14,677 bases of DNA from Chthonomonas calidirosea (GTDB lineage: Bacteria; Armatimonadota; Fimbriimonadia; Fimbriimonadales; Fimbriimonadaceae). The DNA lies in contig CAMAPH010000052.1 in assembly GCA_945859975.1 (NCBI GenBank), forward strand, positions 1 through 14,677, written 5' to 3'. Of the stretch, positions 7,876 to 14,677 are shown one piece after another. The first letter of the stretch is position 1, and each line of letters opens with the position of its first letter. The notes under the pieces are model-generated. The model was not told the DNA's origin and did not search any database. It worked only from the letters and a program-made list of their open reading frames with translations. The position numbers were made by a program, and so were the translations under genes.

Positions 7876-8994
7876 TTAGGGGGCTAGTTCAAGTTTGATC
7901 TCAAGGGTCCGAGACTTGCCGTTCTCGTCTTTCATGGGTAGCTTTCCGCTCTCGGTCACTAACCGGTCACCATCGCAACTCCAAACCCCATCAAGAATCT
8001 CAAGCCCCTTTGAAGTTGCTTTGAGCGAGAAAAGTCTGGCCGCAGGAAAATTCTCGCCATCGAGCATCCTTTTTTCATCAGCCTCTTCAGCCTTGCCGCC
8101 GGGACCGACGAAGGCGATCACCTGGCCCTTACGGACGGTCGCTTCTGAAGAGCGCGCCACGGAGACAATCCAGTTCTTTCCGCTTCCGGTTAGTCCAGAT
8201 TTGGCTACGGCAATACCTATGCCAGCCAATGCGGCGAAGCCCATGATCCCGAACAGAATCTCCCACATCGGAAGCTGGGGGCCACCGCCGTTCAGCGATT
8301 CTGGACCGTACAAAAAGACTTGAAAAGTTTGATTGGGCAAGCCAGTCTTGAATGGCGTTGCAACTGGGTCGTAAGCGATTAACCCGAGTTTGTCCACTCC
8401 CGCCGTACGCTGATCTTGCCTGCGGGTCTCCGCATCTTCCTCCGTTCCTGGAGACTCACTTATTCCAATGTCAGTAAATTGAATAATCAGAGTGGGAACC
8501 TGCGATGGGCCAAGGATCTCCTGAAGAGCTTCTCGTGCGGCAATGTTGCTATGCCCACCTCGCTTAGGATAATCGGTCTTGCCGTCGCCGCGTATCTGAA
8601 ACGGTGTCTTTGGAAATGCCCTTTCAATTTGAACAATGCTCTCCTTGCTTAGTTGTACGCCGGAAACGCACTGACCTGCTTTTGAGTAAATGTCAAGCTG
8701 GTATGGATAGAACCAAACTTCGTGCGCACGACCATCTTTCAGACGATTCGTGAGAAAAGTGCGCGTCTCAATAATCGCAGACTCAAGATACGCGGACTTG
8801 TTGTTTACTTGAGACGAGTTAAATAAAAGTGCAAAGCGCCAAGGCTTTCGCCACAAATCTTCGGACTTGCCACCTTGTGAACGTATTTGGGACTCTAACG
8901 ACTTCTCAATCCATTCGGAAGCTCTGATTGTTTTCTGAGCTTGCGCTTGAACTGAGAGGGCGAGTATGGCGGCACACAGAAATGGAAGTCGCAT
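7876..8994 (-). CDS. Single-pass membrane protein: signal peptide, degenerate vWA-like extracytoplasmic domain, TM helix, cytoplasmic beta-rich (FHA-like?) domain
   Basis: Signal peptide MRLPFLCAAILALSVQAQA (AQA cleavage site). vWA-like elements FALLFNSSQ (DxSxS position), GGHSNIAAREAL and LIIQFTD. TM LPMWEILFGIMGFAALAGIGIAVA. The ~105-aa tail is made of short beta strands. The CDS is confident; the domain calls are tentative. Confidence 0.65.
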   Translation of the reverse strand: MRLPFLCAAILALSVQAQAQKTIRASEWIEKSLESQIRSQGGKSEDLWRKPWRFALLFNSSQVNNKSAYLESAIIETRTFLTNRLKDGRAHEVWFYPYQLDIYSKAGQCVSGVQLSKESIVQIERAFPKTPFQIRGDGKTDYPKRGGHSNIAAREALQEILGPSQVPTLIIQFTDIGISESPGTEEDAETRRQDQRTAGVDKLGLIAYDPVATPFKTGLPNQTFQVFLYGPESLNGGGPQLPMWEILFGIMGFAALAGIGIAVAKSGLTGSGKNWIVSVARSSEATVRKGQVIAFVGPGGKAEEADEKRMLDGENFPAARLFSLKATSKGLEILDGVWSCDGDRLVTESGKLPMKDENGKSRTLEIKLELAP

Positions 8995-8999
8995 TGCTT

Positions 9000-10313
9000 T
9001 TAGTTGTCCACAATATCATATGAGACGTGTATCGTCTGATCTCTCATGAACGCGAACACCTCCACGGATTGACGACGAATCACCAGGTTCGCGGTTTCCC
9101 AAGGCGCTGCAAGAGCGTTTTTGGGAAGATTCAGTTCAGTTTCGCTTCCGTTCCTCGGGTCGGCTAAGAGTACGCGTGGTCGACCATCTCCTTGGACTGC
9201 AGTCAGCACGCACAGTCCGTTTGGTGTACTAAGACCTGCGATAGCAAGGATCCTTCCGTTAGGGTGTCGCCAGCCATGCTGTGCAGCACTTCCATCGGAC
9301 AGTCTGACCTGCCATATGGACTCATTTTCCCGTCGCGGAAGAAGCCATACGGATTCATCTACTTCGTCCACGAACGTATCAACATCGCCCACGCCGCGTG
9401 CCGGTAGGCTCGCCCACGGTTGCGCTTTCGGTAAAGCCGACACAATTGAGGTTGTATCTCCCACTCGCCTAACACCATATAAGTCGCCGCGATGAAGGAA
9501 GATGCTGCTAAGTTCGGAGTGAGTTGGCTCGCCGACCCGACCCATATCGATCCGGACGAGATTGCACCCGTAAAGCAAGTATACTGCGTTGTGGTCCGCA
9601 ACGGCGACGCCCACATCGGCCTTGGGAAGGGTTGATATCACATTCCCGTTTCGGTCCAATATCTCGCCTGAGAAGGCAGCACCAACCCAGCCATCAGGAC
9701 CAACGGTATGAGTAACAACTCGCTGATCTGTAACAACTTCCGATTGGCGGCCTGCAAGCGGGATTCTCTCTACTCCGTTAGTGGTTGCAAGATATAAATC
9801 TCCTGCTATAGCTATTGGAGCCGGGTTGCTCACTACATCATGGTTCGTAGCTGCTCGTGACGATTCCGAGCCGATACGTTGAACCGTGGCCTCGTCTACC
9901 AGTGCAATTGTGCGTCCAAGGTCCAGAGCGAGGAAGCCTCGCCGCCATACCTGCACGTTTCCATACTTGACACTGGGCAAGGCTGGAACCGCAAACGAAC
10001 GAGTACCGTTTTCTGGACCGGTCGGAGTGGACCACCGCAGAGGCAATGGCTCTAGGGCAGAACGATTGCTGCATTCGCAGACGCGTGCTGTCGCGTTGTG
10101 GATTCGCCCGCAGCCTTCTGTCGCGCAGACCCGAAGTGGAGTTGCACAATGGGCGCACCTTCCGTCATCCAGTTCTCCACCCCCCACTAGCGTTTGTGCT
10201 GCGCACACGGGACATGGCTGTCGGAGCGCGTATCCACATGCGATACAAAACCGGGCCCCGGGAATGACTTCCGGCGTTTCACAGCCAGGTCGAATGCAAT
10301 TGATGTTAGTCAT
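9000..10313 (-). CDS. Multiple (double) zinc-ribbon protein with a C-terminal beta-propeller-like domain
   Basis: Six Cys pairs in the first ~80 aa (CIRPGC, CIAC, CPVC, CAHC, CATEGC, CEC). Then WSTPTGPENGTRS, which resembles the leader of PQQ/BamB-type propellers, followed by repeated short beta strands (GDLYLAT, NAVYLLY, GDLYGVR, ESVWLLP). No signal peptide. Confidence 0.7.
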   Translation of the reverse strand: MTNINCIRPGCETPEVIPGARFCIACGYALRQPCPVCAAQTLVGGGELDDGRCAHCATPLRVCATEGCGRIHNATARVCECSNRSALEPLPLRWSTPTGPENGTRSFAVPALPSVKYGNVQVWRRGFLALDLGRTIALVDEATVQRIGSESSRAATNHDVVSNPAPIAIAGDLYLATTNGVERIPLAGRQSEVVTDQRVVTHTVGPDGWVGAAFSGEILDRNGNVISTLPKADVGVAVADHNAVYLLYGCNLVRIDMGRVGEPTHSELSSIFLHRGDLYGVRRVGDTTSIVSALPKAQPWASLPARGVGDVDTFVDEVDESVWLLPRRENESIWQVRLSDGSAAQHGWRHPNGRILAIAGLSTPNGLCVLTAVQGDGRPRVLLADPRNGSETELNLPKNALAAPWETANLVIRRQSVEVFAFMRDQTIHVSYDIVDN

Positions 10314-10341
10314 TGGAAAAGATCGCTGTCGTGCCTGCTGA

Positions 10342-11181
10342 TCAGGTCATGTGAATCGGCAATGGTGGTGTAGCGGGATGTGACATTGAATCGCGCGCTG
10401 ATAGTCTTACTACCGCGCGTTCTAGTACAGATCCTTTCCTCAAGCCACGGCTAACAACGTGACGAATGAACTCTCCCCCTATCGGGCTTCCAGGCTCTGT
10501 AATGTGTAAAGTTCCAATCATCCGTTCACCTATAACGGGCTCAATCAGTTCGTACCCGGCATTGGTGATCACCCGCCTTACAAGGATTTGAATGGCTCTT
10601 CCGGCGTCTGCGTACGGTTCATACATTCCGGATGGATCAACGGGGAACCGGTATTCGTCGAACGCTAACAATACAAGGTCCTGAGTAACGTTGAATGCTT
10701 CCCTACTGGCCGCTATTTCGACCAATTCGGAAACTTGCTGCACCCATCGTCGATGCCACTCCGAAACAGGATCCCCACCGGTGAGCGAAGCTCGATGGCG
10801 ACTGAGTTCATCGATTGGATCCGCGGCAGCGTGATCAACGAGTGGTAATTTGACGTCACCAGTTTCTGCAATGAGAGCGTTTGCCAGTTTATTCAATTGG
10901 GTAGAAATTTCTATACTTTGACTGTCAATGAGATGATTAGCGTATGCGGTGATGGCCATTTCAAACACACGGACCGCCGGGACATGGGCACCGTTAGCGG
11001 TCAGACCGGTCTGCTGTAATACTTTGCGAATTTCCGGCCAACCGCTGAGCCCTTCCGCGTGACCGAACGACAGCGCAACTTCAACCTGATGCAGAAATGG
11101 TAATTTATATTGCGTTTGCAATTGTTTCGTGGTCGCCTTAAGCGCTTCGGCAACGGAATATAGCTCCAGTGTGTCGCTCAT
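10342..11181 (-). CDS. Helical protein with a C-terminal GrpE-like (nucleotide exchange factor) beta head
   Basis: The C-terminal GYELIEPVIGE..H...IRHVVSRGLRKGSVLERAVVRLS parallels the GrpE pattern G.E.I...H...I..V...GY.....RA.V.V. ATGA overlap with the Hsp70-like gene at 11178-11181. Confidence 0.65.
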   Translation of the reverse strand: MSDTLELYSVAEALKATTKQLQTQYKLPFLHQVEVALSFGHAEGLSGWPEIRKVLQQTGLTANGAHVPAVRVFEMAITAYANHLIDSQSIEISTQLNKLANALIAETGDVKLPLVDHAAADPIDELSRHRASLTGGDPVSEWHRRWVQQVSELVEIAASREAFNVTQDLVLLAFDEYRFPVDPSGMYEPYADAGRAIQILVRRVITNAGYELIEPVIGERMIGTLHITEPGSPIGGEFIRHVVSRGLRKGSVLERAVVRLSARDSMSHPATPPLPIHMT

Positions 11182-13514
11182 ATGGCTCCCGAAAAAATAC
11201 TCTCACGTGGAGAATCGGACTGATTCATATATACGTCAACGCTCCCATGCACCCATACTGTGGTGAATGATGTCCGGCCAGCCGGCCACTTGAAGGCGGC
11301 TTGGGCAATATTGTACCACTTGTTGTCGTCTCCCAGGGTCTCGAGCCGTACCTGAGCTGGTACCGAGTCTTCGCGGCGTAGCAGTTTAGGCTCGGACAGA
11401 TGAGTCGTTATGAGTGATGGAGAAAGAACCGAGAGTACGATTTCAGCTTCTCCCTCGGATCCCAACAAAATTCTCATCCGTTCCGATGCAAGTGGTGGCT
11501 TTAGTTCGCCGCTTGCGAGTCCTTGAACAACTGCAAGGCGTCTTAAAGGATCGGGAACCTCAATCATATGGGCAACATTGTCCGGCCTCTCCCTGAACGT
11601 AGGGATCAGGCTGTTGCCACCGACAAAGAAAATCCACTTAGTTGCGTGTCCATGGTTCGCCTGTTCTTCGACGAGGGAGAATAACTGGGCGTTGAACTGC
11701 TTGCTAAGTGCGTTGCGAGCGGCGTCGATGTCGCGCTGAGTTACATCCAGGTTTCCGAGCCGCGATGCGCGAAAAAACCCTTGCCCATTTTGAGCCAGCT
11801 CCAATTTGACACGCTCGATTCGTTGAATACTAGAGATGTCATGGAGATGCCAATAGCGTTCCGCATTGATATCGCTCCGGTATGGCATCAATTCTGGGAA
11901 CCCGCTCCAGTCTGCCGCTGGACAGCCCGTCAGCTCTGAAAGCACAGCTTGTGCATCAGGACCAGTGCCTGTGGCAATCAGCCAATAATAAATTACCGTT
12001 GCGCCAATTAGGCGAGTCACATCTCCGCCGCCAAAAGAATACGCCGACGCAACTACGCCAGCCTGATGTCGTTCTTTCAGCTCGACGTGGCGGTGAGTTG
12101 GTGCTTCGAGGCGAAGTGAACCACCTTCTCGTCTGAAAGTACCGAAGCATACATCTGTGGTGCCACCGCCTCCATCTACGACCATTACGCGATCTCCGTC
12201 CTCTAAGCCGGAAATATCATTATTTTCCTGAGTAAGAATTGCTCTCAAGGCAGCTTCTGGTTCTGGAATAAAGCTGAGACTCCCCCGGCCCGGAATGCCC
12301 GCTATTAGAGCAGCCTGTCTTAATCGCTCGATGTATTGCGTACGCATCGAATCATCAAGTGCCGGGATAGACAGCCGCCAGTCAATATTAAGAGACTCAA
12401 TCGTTGAATTCGCAATGTGTTCCAAAACCCCCTTAATCCGGTCCGAAACTAGTCTGCGTAAATACCATGCAACCACCTCGGTTGCTTTTAGTCCGGTAGC
12501 AACAATGAATTCGTTTTCTGCCAAAAGGTACTTTTTCAGTTCGACGAGCAACCTTCCGGTCCCACGCTCGTTGTACTTCCATTCCGCTTCCTCACCGTAC
12601 GACCATGTAGCACGATCTGCTTCGTCCGGAATCCAGATTAATGTATTACTTCGAGGAACCCCAAGCTCTCTTGGTTGGTCGTTGCCTAACAGATCGCGGA
12701 AGAAAACTGAGGTGCCTGTAGTGCCGAAATCAATTCCTACGACGAACCGTGGCTCCTCGACAACACCTAGGACAGGATCTGGAATGAGCTTAACAACAAC
12801 TTCCTCCACCAGTCCAGATGAGGAAAGTACGAGTTCTGCTCGCTCAGCGTTATCACTGGCATACACGGTGTACTCTTGCGGATGATTTGACCTGATGCGC
12901 GTATTTTCTGGCCCTTTAAAGTGCCATCCGTTGCCTTTAACGGCCGCGGAAACATCGGCCATGTAGGAATCCTTTACAGCAACAGTGATATTTACTTTTC
13001 TACCGGGCCTTACTTTCACACGCTCTGGAAGCACAACTAGCCGTGCTCGATTTGTACTGCTATTTATGTGCACAACATGCTCGCGTTCTTCACGAGCCAC
13101 CTGTCGGCCATGACTTTCAAATACCTGATCGGACGCGCGCCGCCAGACTTGTTCAACTCGGGCCCGAATCTCTCCACTGTGTAGGCCCTGGTCGAGAGTG
13201 AATGATATGTTTCGGGACCCTGGCTTGGAGGCATCTAGCTGGCTCTGGGAAAGGTGAACTCCTGTCGAACGAAGTGTGATGGTGGAGTGTGGCGCAGGAA
13301 CTTCTACCTGCAATGTTGCCCGACCTTCTCCCGTTCCATCCGCAACGACAGTGTCCGTGGTCCAGGCGAAAGCTAGACGCCGAGAACCACATTGTGGGCA
13401 ATATCCCCAGTCTGGCTGAAGCTCCTGCTGGCATTCGTTGTTATGGAGATCTCGGCACTTCACCACGAAGTGAACGTACCCCACAGGCCGGGCCGCGAGG
13501 CGTTTTGACACCAT
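11178..13514 (-). CDS. Hsp70/DnaK-like (actin-fold) ATPase with an N-terminal Zn ribbon and beta-sandwich-like region; not housekeeping DnaK
   Basis: VGIDFGTTGT (phosphate-1), LSIPA, PEPEAAL, VVDGGGGTTD (phosphate-2), FGGGDV, IERVKLEL, FVGGNSLIP (adenosine) and AVVQGLA are all present. N-terminal C-x7-C-x10-CPQC. An alternative GTG start lies at 13466. Confidence 0.88.
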   Translation of the reverse strand: MVSKRLAARPVGYVHFVVKCRDLHNNECQQELQPDWGYCPQCGSRRLAFAWTTDTVVADGTGEGRATLQVEVPAPHSTITLRSTGVHLSQSQLDASKPGSRNISFTLDQGLHSGEIRARVEQVWRRASDQVFESHGRQVAREEREHVVHINSSTNRARLVVLPERVKVRPGRKVNITVAVKDSYMADVSAAVKGNGWHFKGPENTRIRSNHPQEYTVYASDNAERAELVLSSSGLVEEVVVKLIPDPVLGVVEEPRFVVGIDFGTTGTSVFFRDLLGNDQPRELGVPRSNTLIWIPDEADRATWSYGEEAEWKYNERGTGRLLVELKKYLLAENEFIVATGLKATEVVAWYLRRLVSDRIKGVLEHIANSTIESLNIDWRLSIPALDDSMRTQYIERLRQAALIAGIPGRGSLSFIPEPEAALRAILTQENNDISGLEDGDRVMVVDGGGGTTDVCFGTFRREGGSLRLEAPTHRHVELKERHQAGVVASAYSFGGGDVTRLIGATVIYYWLIATGTGPDAQAVLSELTGCPAADWSGFPELMPYRSDINAERYWHLHDISSIQRIERVKLELAQNGQGFFRASRLGNLDVTQRDIDAARNALSKQFNAQLFSLVEEQANHGHATKWIFFVGGNSLIPTFRERPDNVAHMIEVPDPLRRLAVVQGLASGELKPPLASERMRILLGSEGEAEIVLSVLSPSLITTHLSEPKLLRREDSVPAQVRLETLGDDNKWYNIAQAAFKWPAGRTSFTTVWVHGSVDVYMNQSDSPRESIFSGAI

Positions 13515-13585
13515 TGTAATGGCGTCGAGTAGCTCACACGGGCTGAACCGTCGGCGGAGAAATCCATCGCTGCCACGTCAGTGGA

Positions 13586-14677
13586 TTACAGCTGGCGGAA
13601 GTTCACTCCGGCCTGAGTCAACCGATCCAGGTGGAAAGGCAACCGAACCTGGAAACCGGCCCAATCCCGCACCGACTTCGGCGACCAGAGAACCTCCGCC
13701 ATGGCCGACGCTCGCGGGAACATCATGTACTGCGCTTTTCTCGCCGAAGGGATGTATTCCGTCCAGAGGTTGGCTTGGCCGCCTAGGATGTGTTTGGCTT
13801 CTTCGGGGGTGAGCGAAGCGGGGACGGGCTCGAACGAGTAGACCTTCTCCAGCGGCAAGTAGCCGCCGATGGCCAACGGCTCGCTGGCGGAGGGGGCTTG
13901 GTAGTAGTCGAAATAGGCGAAGTCGGTGGGGGACATGACGACGTCGTGGCCTTCTTTGGCGGCCTCGATTCCACCGGCCATTCCGCGCCAGCTCATGACG
14001 GCGGCGCCGGGGGCGAGGCCGCCTTCTAGGATTTCATCCCAGCCGATCAGGCGTCGGCCTTTCTTTTCGAGCCACTTATCCATTTGGCGGATGAACCAGC
14101 TTTGGAGTTCATCTTCGTTCTTCAGGCCGCGTTCTTTGATGAGGGCCTGGGCGCGGGGGCTGGCTTTCCACTGGGTTTTCGGGCACTCGTCGCCGCCGAT
14201 GTGGATGAACTTGCTGGGGAAGAGGTCAAGGACTTCGGTGAGGACGTCTTGCAAGAAGCTGACGGTTTTTTCTTCGGGGTTAAAGACGTTCTCGAAAACG
14301 CCCCACTTGGTGCCGACTTCGATTTGGGTGCCGAGGTTGCCGAGTTCGGGATAGGCGGCGATGGCGGCTTGGGCGTGGCCGGGCATTTCGATTTCCGGCA
14401 CGACATTGATGTGTCGGTCGGCAGCGTATTTCACCACGTCGCGAATGTCTTGTTGGCTGTAGAAGCCGCCGTGCGGGGTGCCGTCGTACTTGCCATCGCT
14501 ATACCGGCCGAGCATGGTTTCTTTCCGCTTGCTGCCGATTTCGGTGAGCTTCGGATACTTCTTGATCTCGATTCGCCAGCCCTGGTCGTCGGTGAGGTGC
14601 CAGTGGAACGAGTTCAGCTTGTGCATCGCCATGAGGTCGATGAAGCGGTAGATTTCGCCCTTTTGCATGAAGTGGCG
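13586..14677 (-). CDS. Beta-N-acetylhexosaminidase, glycoside hydrolase family 20 (5'-truncated by the window edge)
   Basis: The frame is open to the edge (RHFMQK..., the end of the DxxRHF motif), so the ATG at 14668 is internal. Motifs: HWHLTDDQGWR, VPEIEMPGH, catalytic HIGGDE, IGWDEI, YFDYYQ, GGQANLWTEYI and FPR. Confidence 0.95.
   Translation of the reverse strand, partial: RHFMQKGEIYRFIDLMAMHKLNSFHWHLTDDQGWRIEIKKYPKLTEIGSKRKETMLGRYSDGKYDGTPHGGFYSQQDIRDVVKYAADRHINVVPEIEMPGHAQAAIAAYPELGNLGTQIEVGTKWGVFENVFNPEEKTVSFLQDVLTEVLDLFPSKFIHIGGDECPKTQWKASPRAQALIKERGLKNEDELQSWFIRQMDKWLEKKGRRLIGWDEILEGGLAPGAAVMSWRGMAGGIEAAKEGHDVVMSPTDFAYFDYYQAPSASEPLAIGGYLPLEKVYSFEPVPASLTPEEAKHILGGQANLWTEYIPSARKAQYMMFPRASAMAEVLWSPKSVRDWAGFQVRLPFHLDRLTQAGVNFRQL

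Larger units (their letters stand above)
2050..13514 (-). other. Lower-GC 8-gene accessory operon / genomic island (putative defence or membrane-remodelling system)
   Basis: All 8 genes are co-directional, with gaps of -4, 28, 5, 26, 6, -4 and 2 nt. GC is visibly lower and codon usage more A/T-ending than in the flanking genes. No mobility gene is seen. Confidence 0.7.

Noticed and set aside
10342..13514. Housekeeping dnaK-grpE operon
   Set aside because: N-terminal extension, no canonical substrate-binding domain or lid, strong divergence, and no dnaJ/hrcA or CIRCE element seen.
1991..13547. 8-bp direct repeat GGGCTGAA at 1991-1998 and 13540-13547 flanking the operon, as a possible target-site duplication/att core
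   Set aside because: One 8-mer match between a ~370-bp and a ~70-bp region is expected by chance about 0.4 times, and there is no recombinase. An empty-site comparison would be needed.
2504..14406. Numerous + strand and off-frame ORFs inside the operon and GH20 gene (e.g. 3590..4147, 9886..10341, 12295..12885, 13519..13812, 13926..14354)
   Set aside because: Antisense or shadow frames of motif-bearing genes, Ser/Arg-rich, with no recognisable domains.

Overview
Bacterial chromosomal window. Host-like, GC-rich housekeeping genes sit at both ends. On the left are a partial PlsC-like acyltransferase (not in the ORF track), a sugar-phosphate isomerase/epimerase TIM barrel and cutC. On the right is a partial GH20 beta-N-acetylhexosaminidase. 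Between them is an ~11.5 kb, lower-GC, tightly coupled 8-gene minus-strand operon (13514->2050). In order it encodes: (1) Zn-ribbon + beta-sandwich + Hsp70-like ATPase; (2) a GrpE-like protein; (3) multi-Zn-ribbon + beta-propeller-like protein; (4) signal peptide/degenerate vWA/TM/FHA-like membrane protein; (5) a 1029-aa tubulin/FtsZ-like (Tubulin_2/FtsZl1-type) protein with degenerate GTP loops and a C-terminal Zn ribbon; (6) a MotA/TolQ/ExbB channel with a long helical tail (ZorA-like); (7) a MotB/OmpA-like partner with the conserved TM Asp (ZorB-like); (8) a small helical protein. No ZorC/D/E-type nuclease or helicase, integrase or transposase is visible. The operon is the main candidate for an undescribed ion-motor-coupled defence or membrane-remodelling system. 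All family calls come from motif recognition by eye, not from database searches.
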